A stretch of 64,000 nt of DNA from Methanothrix sp. (GCA_963682135.1 OY821645.1:2720001-2784000); one strand, 5' to 3'. Positions 1-10,135 are shown, numbered from the stretch's first letter. Notes: a model not told the origin generated them from the letters alone. Numbers and translations: made by a program.

Positions 1-584
1 AAGTCGGATATGGCCATCAAGAGTTTTTCCAGCGCCTCGATATCCGCCGATATGCCGCGATATCCGCGCAGCAGTGCATAGCCTTTGATCTCTTCGATCA
101 TGTCTCTGGCATCGGAGGCAGAGATGGGAATGGAGCGGAAGGAGACATCCTTTAGAACTTCCACGAATACTCCGCCCAGACCAAACATCAATACCGGTCC
201 GAAGGTTTCATCATTGGCCACGCCTACGATGGCTTCCACTCCCGGCCGGGCCATCTTTTGCACGCAGATGCCCACGACCTCTTTGTCCCGGAATGATGCA
301 ATGATCTGCCGGTAGGCTCTTCTTACTTCATCCGCATCCCTCAAATCCAGCTTAACTCCGCCGGCATCGGTTTTATGGACTACGTCCGGAGAGAGCACCT
401 TCATGGCCACGGGCGATGCCAGGGATTGGAAGATCTCTACCGCTTCGTCCTCCGACCTGGCTACCCCGGCACCGGTGGTGGTGATTCCCAGGCTTTCCAG
501 AACGGCTTTGCTCTCATGCTCCATCAGGTAGGTCCGGCCTACTGCCAATGCCCTATCAATAACCTCTCTATATTGCTTTGCCAT
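1..584 (-). CDS. Acetate--CoA ligase (ADP-forming) beta subunit, ATP-grasp; 3' end runs off the window
   Basis: Not in the ORF track. Manual translation from ATG at 584 gives MAKQYREVIDRALAVGRTYLMEHESKAVLESLGI...AMKVLSPDVVHKTDAGGVKLDL...NDETFGPVLMFGLGGVFVEVLKDVSFR, which carries the ATP-grasp_5/AcdB motifs. Confidence 0.85.
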   Translation of the reverse strand, partial: MAKQYREVIDRALAVGRTYLMEHESKAVLESLGITTTGAGVARSEDEAVEIFQSLASPVAMKVLSPDVVHKTDAGGVKLDLRDADEVRRAYRQIIASFRDKEVVGICVQKMARPGVEAIVGVANDETFGPVLMFGLGGVFVEVLKDVSFRSIPISASDARDMIEEIKGYALLRGYRGISADIEALEKLLMAISD

Positions 585-755
585 TTTGACCCCTAAATTA
601 GCATATTCTTGATTGCAGCTATGCATTTCCTAAGCTGGATTGCATGCTTAAAAAGCTTGCCCGAATTGTGGAAGAACTTGTTCCTGTCATCTTTTTCTCG
701 ATCTACCTTTCTTGAGGCGATGCTCTTATCTCAGATAAGTGCCTAACATTTTTGC

Positions 756-1499
756 ATGGATAAGGAAATTGTCCAGGTAATCCTTGAGAAGCAGCCCACT
801 GTCAAGAACCCCATCTTGATAGAGGGATTCCCGGGAATTGGCCTGGTAGGCAACATAGCCAGCCAGTACATAGTCAATGAATTGAAGATGACTTATCTCG
901 GGGCCATGAGCTCCAGGTACTTCCCTCCGCTGGCCGTTCTCCTGGGTGGCGTTGTAAATATGCCGGTTCGCATTTATGAGGATGTAGCCAAAGAACTGGT
1001 GATTCTCACTGCCGACATCCCCGTTCATCCCCTCGCATCCTTTGAGATTGGAAAGGAGATCGTATCCTTTGCCCAGTCCATCGGTGCTCGAGAGATGATC
1101 TGTCTGGCAGGCATAACTGTGATGGGCGACGAGCGCCGGGTCTTTGGTGCTGTGAGCCGGGAGGATTTGCTCGATAAGATAAAGGACAAAGCAGAGGTAT
1201 TTGAGCTGGGGACAATTACCGGCATTACGGGGAGCATCATGAACGAGTGCCGCATAAGAAATCTGCCTGCGATCTGCCTTTTGGGCGAGACGGCTTCGGC
1301 GGACCCAGACCCTCGAGCTGCCATTGCCACTATTGAGACGCTCAATAAGATCTACGATTTGGGGATAAGCACGTCCAAGCTCTCCGAGCAGACAGAACAA
1401 ATCGAGGTGCAGATGGCGCAACTGGCCCAGCAGATGAAAGCGACCACTACCGAAGAGCAGCAAGCTCAGATGCCCAAAGAATTTCCCATGTACGGGTGA
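756..1499 (+). CDS. PAC2-family proteasome assembly chaperone
   Basis: NPILIEGFPGIGLVGNIA at the N-terminus, PDPRAA motif, and a C-terminal MYG resembling an HbYX tail. Confidence 0.9.
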   Translation: MDKEIVQVILEKQPTVKNPILIEGFPGIGLVGNIASQYIVNELKMTYLGAMSSRYFPPLAVLLGGVVNMPVRIYEDVAKELVILTADIPVHPLASFEIGKEIVSFAQSIGAREMICLAGITVMGDERRVFGAVSREDLLDKIKDKAEVFELGTITGITGSIMNECRIRNLPAICLLGETASADPDPRAAIATIETLNKIYDLGISTSKLSEQTEQIEVQMAQLAQQMKATTTEEQQAQMPKEFPMYG

Positions 1500-1505
1500 T
1501 GTCTC

Positions 1506-1895
1506 ATGATCTACATAGCGCTAACGGGATTGGCAAGACATGTGTTGAATGAACTTACTGCAGCCCGTGTCAGGACGGTGGAGATCCAGAGCCCCAATAA
1601 CTTCTTTGCTCTTCTGCGAGTTTCACCGGGAGACCGGATCTTTCTTACGCAGTCGAGCGCCCCGGATATAGTTCCAGGAACTGGGGGGCTCATCGCCAGC
1701 ATAAGAGCTCTACAGATCATTACTCATCGCACGGTTCAATCGAACGAGGACTACTACGAAGAGCGTGAGTCTCAGGCGGCCAGGGCGCAACTGCAGCTGG
1801 TGGGCGTCGGAAAGGTGAGAAAGATCACCAACTTTGAGCCAGGCACACCACTCATGCTGGACGTGGATGAGATGAGGTTCTGCGACGCGCGCTGA
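1506..1895 (+). CDS. DUF473-family archaeal protein
   Basis: ALTGL...RTVEIQSPNNFFAL...GDRIFLT motifs; directly follows the PAC2 gene. Confidence 0.75.
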   Translation: MIYIALTGLARHVLNELTAARVRTVEIQSPNNFFALLRVSPGDRIFLTQSSAPDIVPGTGGLIASIRALQIITHRTVQSNEDYYEERESQAARAQLQLVGVGKVRKITNFEPGTPLMLDVDEMRFCDAR

Positions 1896-1935
1896 GATGG
1901 GCTCACTTTACTGAAACAAATAATGCAGTGGAAGG

Positions 1936-1985
1936 GCGGCGGCGCTCCGGTAAGCCAAGCTGTGGGACATCCAAATCGCCGCCGC
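1936..1985. repeat. GC-rich hairpin (9-bp arms GCGGCGGCG / CGCCGCCGC)
   Basis: Perfect inverted repeat at 1936-1944 and 1977-1985. Confidence 0.7.
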
Positions 1986-2020
1986 ATGATTGTGTATCCC
2001 AGATCTAGCTGAATCCAACC

Positions 2021-2210
2021 CTCAGTGAATACGATGCCGCGAAGGAGGCTGGACGCCAGCTCGTGAATGATAGGAAGATGTCCGCCGAGGTGCTAAGCAC
2101 AGTAAGCCGGGAGCTCATTTCCAGGGATATGTATGTGCAGATCGCGGGAAGCAAGGACAAGCTAAGCGGTTGTGTCTCCTGTGTGCTGGCCTATGCATGA
2201 AGATTTCCAG
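2021..2210 (+). pseudogene. Flavodoxin/iron-sulfur flavoprotein-like gene fragment
   Basis: Frame reads EYDAAKEAGRQLVNDRKMSAEVLSTVSRELISRDMYVQ, resembling the C-terminus of methanogen flavodoxin-family proteins. No start codon or N-terminal part is present. Confidence 0.4.
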
Positions 2211-2276
2211 GCAATCAATCTGGCTGCATATGGCGTCAAGCAAGAAGATTTATTCAAGCACATTTAATGGCACAAT

Positions 2277-4907
2277 GTGAACAATCTACCTGAATCTGCG
2301 GAAAATGCCAATGAAGAATCCTTGGTCGGAATCAAGACGCTTACAGGTTCGGATAAACTGCTCGGCCTTCAGAGAGACTTAGCTATAGCTCTTAACTCTA
2401 TTACCGATTTAAACGAGGCACTGGCACTTGTATTGGATGCTGCTCTTAAGGTAGATGGCATCAATGCGGGTGCCGTTTACATCGCAGATGAGGCTACCTG
2501 TAGCGTGGATATGCTATTACATAAGGGATTATCAGAAAAGTTCGTTGAAGGCTGCTCACATTGCGATCCAAATTCACCCCGGGCATGCATAGTCTCGGCT
2601 GGCGAAATAGTCTACAGAGATTTTGAGTACATTTCTCAGTCTCCTTTCTCAGATCTACGAGAAGAAGGCTTGAAATCAGTTGCAGACCTTCCCGTGAGGT
2701 ATAAAGAAAAAGCAATTGGGGCACTCATTCTCGCGTCTCGCATTTATAATGAGATTCCATTAGGCACTCGTAATTCGCTAGAAACTCTGGCCGCCGATAT
2801 GGCAGGAGTCATAATCAGAATTAAAAATGGAGAAGAACTTAGGAAATCAAGAGAATACCTCAATAAAATAATAAACGCAATTGGTGACCCTATATTTGTT
2901 AAAGATAGAGATCATCGATTAATAATGGTTAACGATGCCGAATGCCGTTTGGCAGGCCGAACGCGCGACGAGCTTCTGGGGAGAACCGATTATGATTTTT
3001 TCCCAAAAGAGCAGGTGGACATTTTCTCAAAAAGAGATGAATTAGTCTTCGAAACCGGGAACGAGGACGTAAATGAAGAGCAAATTACCGATGCTCAGGG
3101 AAATATTTGCACTATTATCACCAAGAAGACCTTACTCACTAACAATGCTGGAAAGAAGTTCATAGTTGGTGTGATAAGGGATATAACCAAACGCAAGCAA
3201 GAAGAAGAAGAACTTCATAAGAAAGATATTCTACTTGGCGGGGCCGCCATTGCCGCAAATATTCTTCTGGCAGATAACGATCTGGATCAAGCAATAAATC
3301 ATACTCTTGAGATTTTAGGAGCTGCTACACACTCCGACCGAATCTATATCTTTGAAAACGAAAATATGGATAATGATATACATCTGGCCAGTTTGCGTTA
3401 TGAGTGGTCACGAGATCCTGTAATCTCCCTCAAAAATAATTCCTATTTCTATTGTCTTACATATTATCCAATTTTATCCCGATGGTATGATGCCTTCTCA
3501 AAAGGGCAACCAATAAAAGGCTTAGTTCGTGAGCTTCCTGAACTCGAAAGAGCATTTTTAAGGCCTCTGAATACCAAGGCGCTTCTCATCATGCCAATTA
3601 TGATTGAAAACCAATTCTGGGGATTTATCGGCTTTGATGATTGCCAATCCGAACGTATCTGGATCGGCATTGAAGGATCTATTATTCAGGTAGCTGCTGC
3701 CTCCATAGGTCAGGCTATCGTTCGCAAACAGGCTGAGAATGCTCTCATTAAGTCTAAAGAAATTGCAGAATCCGCAGCTCGAGCCAAATCCGAGTTCTTG
3801 GCCCATATGTCCCACGAGATAAGGACTCCCATGAATGCGGTCATCGGATTGACCGATCTTCTGGAAAGAACCAATCTGGACAAAGAACAACGAATTTATG
3901 TGGAGACTATTCGAAGCAGCGGCGATTCCCTGCTATCAATTATAAACGATATTCTGGATTTTTCAAAGATAGATAGCCACAAGGTGGAGTTGGAGTCTCA
4001 TCCATTTGATTTAAAAGATTGCATTGAAGCTTCCCGGGATGTTGTAACCACAGAGGCGTCGAAGAAGGGGCTCTACCTGAGCTATGGCATCGATTCCAAT
4101 ACCCCGGAGAGAATTGTGGGAGACTCTGCGCGGCTGCGTCAGATCTTGATCAATCTCCTCAACAATGCTGTTAAGTTCTCTGAAAAAGGCGCAGTGAAGA
4201 TAGAAGTATCTAGCAGAAAGCTTGAAGCCTCAAATTATGAAATCCGCTTCTCAGTGAGTGATTCCGGAGTGGGAATTCCCGAAAACAGCATAAATCGTTT
4301 ATTTCAACCATTCACCCAAATAGACTCATCGACTACGCGAAAGTATGGTGGAACTGGACTTGGTCTTGCCATTTGCAGGAATCTTGTGGAAATGATGGGC
4401 GGAACGATTTGGGTTGACAGTCAATTAGGCAAGGGTTCAACATTCCATTTTACAATTGTGACAGAGTCTGCAACCAAGATGCAAGCTTCTTCTATGGTCG
4501 TGGACAATAATCCCATTATCCGTCCTATGTATGGCAAACCTCATCCCATGCACATTCTGCTGGCTGAGGATAACCCTATCAACCAAATGATGATGTTGAA
4601 AATGCTAAATAAGCTGGGCTATATAGCTGATGTTGCATCTAACGGCCTTGAGGTTTTGAAATTTCTGGAAATCCAACCATATGATTTGATTCTGATGGAT
4701 GTACAGATGCCGGAAATGGATGGTTTTCAAGCTACCAGAGAAATTCGCAGGCGCTGGCCAACTGAAGATCGGCCGAAGATTATTGCCATAACTGCCTACG
4801 CACTCGAAGGTGATCGAGAGAGTTGTTTGGCAGCCGGAATGGATGATTATATTAGCAAACCTTTGAGGTTGGATAAATTACGGGTTGTCCTTGAATCCTA
4901 TGGTTAA
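2277..4907 (+). CDS. Hybrid sensor histidine kinase/response regulator (GAF-PAS-GAF-HisKA-HATPase-REC)
   Basis: H-box [17 protein letters not shown]-box [12 protein letters not shown]-boxes DSGVGI and [12 protein letters not shown] motifs [24 protein letters not shown] and KP. Confidence 0.95.
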   Translation: MNNLPESAENANEESLVGIKTLTGSDKLLGLQRDLAIALNSITDLNEALALVLDAALKVDGINAGAVYIADEATCSVDMLLHKGLSEKFVEGCSHCDPNSPRACIVSAGEIVYRDFEYISQSPFSDLREEGLKSVADLPVRYKEKAIGALILASRIYNEIPLGTRNSLETLAADMAGVIIRIKNGEELRKSREYLNKIINAIGDPIFVKDRDHRLIMVNDAECRLAGRTRDELLGRTDYDFFPKEQVDIFSKRDELVFETGNEDVNEEQITDAQGNICTIITKKTLLTNNAGKKFIVGVIRDITKRKQEEEELHKKDILLGGAAIAANILLADNDLDQAINHTLEILGAATHSDRIYIFENENMDNDIHLASLRYEWSRDPVISLKNNSYFYCLTYYPILSRWYDAFSKGQPIKGLVRELPELERAFLRPLNTKALLIMPIMIENQFWGFIGFDDCQSERIWIGIEGSIIQVAAASIGQAIVRKQAENALIKSKEIAESAARAKSEFLAHMSHEIRTPMNAVIGLTDLLERTNLDKEQRIYVETIRSSGDSLLSIINDILDFSKIDSHKVELESHPFDLKDCIEASRDVVTTEASKKGLYLSYGIDSNTPERIVGDSARLRQILINLLNNAVKFSEKGAVKIEVSSRKLEASNYEIRFSVSDSGVGIPENSINRLFQPFTQIDSSTTRKYGGTGLGLAICRNLVEMMGGTIWVDSQLGKGSTFHFTIVTESATKMQASSMVVDNNPIIRPMYGKPHPMHILLAEDNPINQMMMLKMLNKLGYIADVASNGLEVLKFLEIQPYDLILMDVQMPEMDGFQATREIRRRWPTEDRPKIIAITAYALEGDRESCLAAGMDDYISKPLRLDKLRVVLESYG

Positions 4908-5079
4908 CCTACGGTTGAGCAATAAGATATTCTGAGCTTCTGGAGACGAAGAGATAGTGAATTTGGCATAGGTTTTCATCCGTTGATATTGGATTTATCG
5001 CGAAAACCTAATAAGCAGGATACATGTTAATTTGTAACGGCGAACATGGCAATAGCTAAAAAACGCTATCAACCAAAAG

Positions 5080-5101
5080 TAAAAGGTGCGGGGAAAGGGA
5101 T
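5080..5101 (-). repeat. att-like copy of the tRNA-Leu 3' end
   Basis: Exact 22-bp match to 9256-9277. Confidence 0.85.
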
Positions 5102-5212
5102 ACTTGCACGCTTTTACTGGTAATTCTGATGATAGGATTAAGTCCATCAGTATGATGCAGTTTTAAAGCTTGTTCGATATATAAATTCATTTTCATTCTT
5201 TCGGAATCCATT

Positions 5213-5344
5213 TTTATTGAGAAGGTGTACAACCAAAAGAGGCTTCATTCAGCTTTGAACTACAAATCTCCAGAACGGTTCGAAATGGAGTTTGCTTTAA
5301 AGACTGTTGCTTAACTAACTGTCTACTATCAGGGGTGCAGTCCA
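5213..5344 (+). mobile_element. IS3-family remnant: transposase C-terminus plus right terminal inverted repeat
   Basis: Frame reads FIEKVYNQKRLHSALNYKSPERFEMEFALKTVA*, the IS3 YNxxRxHSxLxYxxP motif. It is followed by CTGTCTACTATCAGGGGTGCAGTCCA, which ends in CA like IS3 ends. Confidence 0.8.
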
Positions 5345-5393
5345 GTTTAGTGTTGTGTAATGAGTTTATAAAAAAAAACACAAAGCTTTGGAT

Positions 5394-5795
5394 TTATATT
5401 TTTATACGGCGAAGCTTATCAATGACATTCCGTCCTTTTTCTCCATCAGCAAGATAAATTAGCTCAATCTCATCATCAGAAATGATCGTTCCAAAGTCAT
5501 ATCCCTCATTCAATTCTGCTATGTAGAGCATTTTGTTATCCAAGCCAATTGACCCGGCAAAACTTTCTACAATCTCTTTCCCATTCAACGGATATGTCAA
5601 ATATCCCGTAAAGAGTCGATCTTTCTGCTCGATGATGACTAAATTTGTAGTTTCATTTTCTGACAGTTTGTATACTCCATTTTCTGCAATATACGCATTC
5701 TGAGTCCCTGTCCAGTTCCCAACCAGGTCTGGAACCTGCGCTGTACAGATCCCCATGGTCATCAGGATCAATAATACTGACCAAATCGCTTTCAT
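5394..5795 (-). CDS. Secreted hypothetical protein
   Basis: Signal peptide MKAIWSVLLILMTMGICTA followed by a beta-rich domain starting VPDLVGNWTG. Alternative start at 5813. Confidence 0.7.
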   Translation of the reverse strand: MKAIWSVLLILMTMGICTAQVPDLVGNWTGTQNAYIAENGVYKLSENETTNLVIIEQKDRLFTGYLTYPLNGKEIVESFAGSIGLDNKMLYIAELNEGYDFGTIISDDEIELIYLADGEKGRNVIDKLRRIKI

Positions 5796-5970
5796 AAATA
5801 AAAAATAGTACATTCATACTATAAATCTTTTAATCTCATGAGCTTTATTGCTTTCATGTAAATTATAAATCCGTGTGCAGAAGATTTCATGCGTTCTTAG
5901 AGCAAATCGAGAGCACCTCCTCGCTAAGAATAGGGCTGGGGTAGGCTTCAATACCCCAGTTCTGTTTGAG

Positions 5971-7455
5971 TTATTCTTTAGGATCGAACTTTATAGCCCT
6001 ATCGAAAACTATCTCTGAGTAGGCAGGACCGATCTTTGTAGCGTTTTCCAAGTAGAGCCTCCAGCAAATGAAAAGCGGCTGATCCGTCCCTATTCCATAG
6101 CCACCAGGACCATAGGGAAGTTCATAGCAGTGTGGATAACCTTCACAATTCCTAGCGAGCTTATACACATAAAGATATTTCGCATTGGGATTGTCAGGGA
6201 GGTACTCCTCAGCAGTGCCAGCAAGTTCTGAGTCATGAACTGCTCCAACGCCATTCCATATATCTGCTCCATAAGGAGCAAAATTGGAGTACATCGCCTT
6301 TCCTGTAGCTACATGGTTAACACCATAGACGATTAAGAACTCATTGGTACCATTGCCCAGAGTAATTGGTGGATTTCGTGAGAAATCATAGTACTGCGAG
6401 ATATTGCCAAAAGGCGGCATTGGCGAAGTGACAGATTGATTTGCAGTCCATAGATAGCAGCAATCGTTGTTAGGACCCCATGTATTAATTCCAGTCTGAA
6501 GACCGGTATATTGTTCTACGAACCATTTGCCAGTTTGAAGCTCTGTGGAATTCGATGTGTTGTATTTAATAAGGATAGCTTCCCGCAATTCGTTAAGATC
6601 ATCCAACAGATCAAACTCCGTTGTTCCCGTTCCACGGACCCTTAGCTCTGGTACATCATACGGATCTAGATCCGCAGTTTCATTGGGAGTGATCCTGAGA
6701 ATCGCCGCAGGTACTCTCTTAATGTAAGCATCGCCCGCTTGCTGGTCCTTGAATAGAGCCGGACGGATGAATAGAGTAAATGTATCGGAACTATTCTCCA
6801 AGCCCATGTTCAACATAGTCGAGGGTATCACTTGGGTATTGGTTATATTATCCGGATATCCTGCTGACTCCGCAGCCGCTCGGATACGTCGATCAATACC
6901 CTTGCCGGCAGTGGCAATTATTACAGTAGTTTGATTGAAAGGATTTCCGGGCTGCCCATCAGGTGTTCCTTCAGTTTTGATGACTAAATTATTCAACGGG
7001 TCGCCCATGCAGGTCCAGATCCATCTTGTCTCGTTTCTGAATGTAGTAAACAGCATTTCTGCATCATAGCAGAAGTATCTACACTCAGGTGGCGTTCGCC
7101 CTACGAAAATGATAGCTTCATCTGGACCGAGATTCCAGAATGCTGATGTGTTCTGACTGATTCCAAGCGCTGTGGCTATCTTTGCGAACTGCTCAGGTAC
7201 CTTATGACCAGGTGCCGGTGGAACAAAGTACGTCAAGTATTTTGTTGTGGGATTGTTTCCAAGCGCTGAAGTTAACACCCCTAAGTTGTATGCTTTTATA
7301 GCATCAAAAAAACCTATCGCACCTTGCTGTACCGTGAATCCATCCTGCTCCAGGGCTTGTTTAAATGCCTCCACATTACCAATATCCATATTCTGTCCAA
7401 AGGTTGTCCCTATTGATATAGCGAACAAGACTAGAAGTAATATATGATTTCGCAT
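5971..7455 (-). CDS. Secreted hypothetical protein (494 aa)
   Basis: Long ORF with an N-terminal signal peptide and GGAGAGAG upstream; no family recognised. Confidence 0.8.
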   Translation of the reverse strand: MRNHILLLVLFAISIGTTFGQNMDIGNVEAFKQALEQDGFTVQQGAIGFFDAIKAYNLGVLTSALGNNPTTKYLTYFVPPAPGHKVPEQFAKIATALGISQNTSAFWNLGPDEAIIFVGRTPPECRYFCYDAEMLFTTFRNETRWIWTCMGDPLNNLVIKTEGTPDGQPGNPFNQTTVIIATAGKGIDRRIRAAAESAGYPDNITNTQVIPSTMLNMGLENSSDTFTLFIRPALFKDQQAGDAYIKRVPAAILRITPNETADLDPYDVPELRVRGTGTTEFDLLDDLNELREAILIKYNTSNSTELQTGKWFVEQYTGLQTGINTWGPNNDCCYLWTANQSVTSPMPPFGNISQYYDFSRNPPITLGNGTNEFLIVYGVNHVATGKAMYSNFAPYGADIWNGVGAVHDSELAGTAEEYLPDNPNAKYLYVYKLARNCEGYPHCYELPYGPGGYGIGTDQPLFICWRLYLENATKIGPAYSEIVFDRAIKFDPKE

Positions 7456-7547
7456 ATAATATCTCTCTCCTTACAATTAATTATCATCAATGTCTATTAA
7501 AACTTTTGCGATAGAGGTGTGCAGTTAAAGATTCGAGATCACCAGTG

Positions 7548-7645
7548 CATATGGGTTATATGGGCTATTCTTTCCATATTTTTTTATCATAATTAATTCA
7601 CTTTCTCCACTAATAATAGTAGAAATGACCCATATAACCCATATG
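7548..7645. repeat. 17-bp perfect inverted repeat around an AT-rich spacer
   Basis: CATATGGGTTATATGGG at 7548-7564 and CCCATATAACCCATATG at 7629-7645. Confidence 0.85.
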
Positions 7646-7938
7646 TGTCTCCTTGCTCTGAATCCTGTTAAAAATTAAGCTCTTTTTAAGCACCTTCCAT
7701 CTAAACTTGCCCATTGATCGCGGTATTGGATTCTTCAGTAGCAATGGTCAAACACATCAAAAAAATGCGTCCATCGGCAAGCTAAGACGCATTTTTTCTT
7801 ATGTCCTTCCCCCCAATTCGTTCGCTGAAGAAAAGATGATGTTGCCTCTTAACATCGCTATAATCCCCAATTTTGTCTCCGGGCGTGAAATGTACCACTG
7901 ATTGGATTTTCCATGGTATAGAGCAGTTCTGCGGTTGC

Positions 7939-8120
7939 TCAAGGCTTAATATAAGCATTCAATCCGATGGTGATCGGCTTATCATCAACTCTGGCGCTAG
8001 TAACGATATTCCCATGTGTGCTTGCAACAACGGAGTTTTACCGGATGACGATGGAGTTGGTTTTTCCAGGTCAATTTCTATGAAGAGCTTGTTATCCTTG
8101 ATTTCTACTTTCAGAGCCAT
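7939..8120 (-). pseudogene. Frameshifted small conserved hypothetical protein (~60 aa)
   Basis: MALKVEIKDNKLFIEIDLEKPTPSSSGKT, then a 1-nt loss, then VVASTHGNIVTSARVDDKPITIGLNAYIKP*. GGTGA RBS upstream. Confidence 0.7.
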
Positions 8121-8271
8121 ACGAGTTCACCTATTGGTCATTACTTAGACATGCTCATCTATTACCCTTTCCCTTGCTGGGTTTGGCTGAGGATCAACCT
8201 TCCAGGCGGCCGGCATGGAAAGCCTCATGAATAATAACCGCAGTATCAGTTCTATAAAGAAGGCGATAATA

Positions 8272-8634
8272 ATGAAGTTGATAAAAGTGGACCAAGTAGC
8301 TAAAGAGCCATGGGAAGATACATTATTTACCGGTCCTGTCACCCTGCAAGCGATTATTGGAAATGACCTGAGTGAAAATTTCCTGATACAGCAGGTAAAC
8401 TTCAGCAAGGGCGTAAGGAACAAATTTCACAGCCACTCTACTGAACAAATACTTATTGTCACGGAAGGCAAAGGTATCGTTGCCACGGATAAAGAAGAAA
8501 TAACCGTTAGATCTGGGGATGTCATATTCATTCCAGCAGGAGAGAAACACTGGCATGGTGCCGCTAAAGATAGCACCTTCTCGCATATTTATGTCATGCC
8601 GCCTGATCTGAAAATAACCCAAATTGAGGATTAA
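8272..8634 (+). CDS. Cupin domain protein
   Basis: Cupin motifs HSHSTEQILIVTEGKG and GDVIFIPAGEKHWHGA. Confidence 0.9.
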   Translation: MKLIKVDQVAKEPWEDTLFTGPVTLQAIIGNDLSENFLIQQVNFSKGVRNKFHSHSTEQILIVTEGKGIVATDKEEITVRSGDVIFIPAGEKHWHGAAKDSTFSHIYVMPPDLKITQIED

Positions 8635-8997
8635 GATATGAGCCATCAAGTTCCACATCGTGTGCTTGCCTGCTGCATACCAGCCAGGAGCCTAGATAGC
8701 TTTTAGAGTATGATCGCGATTATTGACCCTGCCACAGCAAGTAGCAAAGCGTTTTCATACCAAGGATTCCGTTTTCTTCCTCGGGAGGGAGGATGTTTGA
8801 AGTTAAATGGCATTTTATCTTCATAGCCAAAATTGCCACCAGAGTTTATCCTTGGCCTCTAGAGCTTTAAAATTGTTCACAGACGTATCCTCGTGATTCA
8901 TCCGTCATTCCCTTTTCTAGGTCCGTTGCGCCGCCAATTCCTGAGAGTGAATTCAAGTAAGTTCAGATAGTGATATCGTCTTTCAATCCCACCGGAA

Positions 8998-9255
8998 CTA
9001 GTCATAGAAAATTCCATGACCATTGGGATCTTTGGAAAATGACTTCGATTTGCAGCTAGGGCATCTTGCCGGTGCATCTCGTTTGAACATACCACGGCAT
9101 AGGCATCTACCTGCAAGTTTTTCGACCTCTCGATTATATTCATCTTCAGTTAAAGGCTCACCAGGGTAGTTTTCCCGGATATTCCTGTCATGTTCAGCAG
9201 TTGCTACAGCGTACGGCCCCGAAAGGCCCTTTAAATATCGCAAATGTATTTTACA
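8998..9255 (-). pseudogene. 5'-truncated Zn-ribbon (CxC...CPxC) hypothetical protein
   Basis: KIHLRYLKGLSGPYAVATAEHD...CLCRG...RCPSCKS. The frame begins right at the att repeat with no start codon of its own. Confidence 0.55.
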
Positions 9256-9262
9256 TAAAAGG

Positions 9263-9347
9263 TGCGGGGAAAGGGATTCGAACCCTTGAACTCCTGCGAG
9301 AATAGATCTTGAGTCTATCACCGTTGGCCTGGCTTGGTTATCCCCGC
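9263..9347 (-). tRNA. tRNA-Leu (anticodon CAA)
   Basis: Reverse complement gives acceptor stem GCGGGGA/TCCCCGC plus discriminator A, anticodon arm ATAGA-CTCAAGA-TCTAT, a long variable arm and T-loop GGTTCGAATCC; 85 nt. Confidence 0.95.
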
Positions 9348-9424
9348 ATCAGATAGCGATTCTTTGATATTAGCACATCGCTCCTTATATTCCGAACTAG
9401 TTTAATGTATAAAAAGGTTCCCGC

Positions 9425-9580
9425 TCATGCATCCACGTGGCTCACACAGATCCAGTGGTAGTAACCATGAATACCGGTGCCTGTAACCTCGTCAAACTCT
9501 TCCAGCTCCTGGCCGCAGATCTGGCATATCTCACCATCAGGCACCTCTATCTCGGCATCATTGCATAGTACTATTACCAT
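9425..9580 (-). CDS. 51-aa zinc-finger micro-protein (CxxC...HxxC)
   Basis: Below the ORF-track cutoff. MVIVLCNDAEIEVPDGEICQICGQELEEFDEVTGTGIHGYYHWICVSHVDA*, with GGGAG upstream. Confidence 0.7.
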   Translation of the reverse strand: MVIVLCNDAEIEVPDGEICQICGQELEEFDEVTGTGIHGYYHWICVSHVDA

Positions 9581-9700
9581 TCAGGCTCCCAGGAGGGCTG
9601 CCGGAGCCATGAAGCTTTCGGACAATTAAGACGGGCGGATAGAATTTAGATCGCCCTAATTGCCGAAGACCGCTTTTCTTCCATATTCAAAACCGAGGCT

Positions 9701-10135
9701 CTACTCCTCTTTGGATCTGCCCTCAAACTCCTGGAAGGTGCGCAGCGCCGAAGCCAGCACCCTGGTCTGGCCGATGATGGCGGCAATGAATACCGCATCC
9801 AGGATCTCGTCCTCGCTCGCCCCCGCCCGGGCGGCTGCGCTCATGTGCACCTTCAGGCACTTGTCCGCGCCCGCGCTCGCCGCTGCGGCTACAGCCAGCA
9901 GCTCTGCGACCTTGGGCTCAAGGCTTTGGGGACGCAGGGCATAGAAGTCCTTGAGGGCGGAGAAGATCATGAACTGCGGCCGGCGGGCCATGACCTTCAG
10001 GATGAAGGGGACTGTGCCCAGCATCTGCTCGGTGTCGTCGTAAATGTCCTCTTGCAGGGAATCGCTGTTCTCCAGGAGGGCTTTGATCAGGGTCTTGTTT
10101 TCGGGTTTCATTGCTTGTGCTGTTGGCTCTCCCAT
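9701..10135 (-). CDS. Carboxymuconolactone decarboxylase/AhpD-like protein
   Basis: LEPKVAELLAVAAAASAGADKCLKVHMSAAARAGASEDEILDA. Confidence 0.85.
   Translation of the reverse strand: MGEPTAQAMKPENKTLIKALLENSDSLQEDIYDDTEQMLGTVPFILKVMARRPQFMIFSALKDFYALRPQSLEPKVAELLAVAAAASAGADKCLKVHMSAAARAGASEDEILDAVFIAAIIGQTRVLASALRTFQEFEGRSKEE

Larger units (their letters stand above)
5080..9277. mobile_element. Decayed tRNA-Leu-integrated genomic island (no integrase visible)
   Basis: The identical 22-mer TAAAAGGTGCGGGGAAAGGGAT occurs at 5080-5101 and 9256-9277, the latter covering the tRNA 3' end. The interval holds an IS remnant and pseudogenes. Confidence 0.75.

Noticed and set aside
726-1463. 245-aa minus-strand ORF
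   Set aside because: Antisense shadow of the PAC2 gene with no recognisable motifs.
8998-9321. 107-aa ORF as listed in the track
   Set aside because: Its first ~22 codons are the tRNA-Leu/att sequence; only the downstream part looks like a truncated gene.
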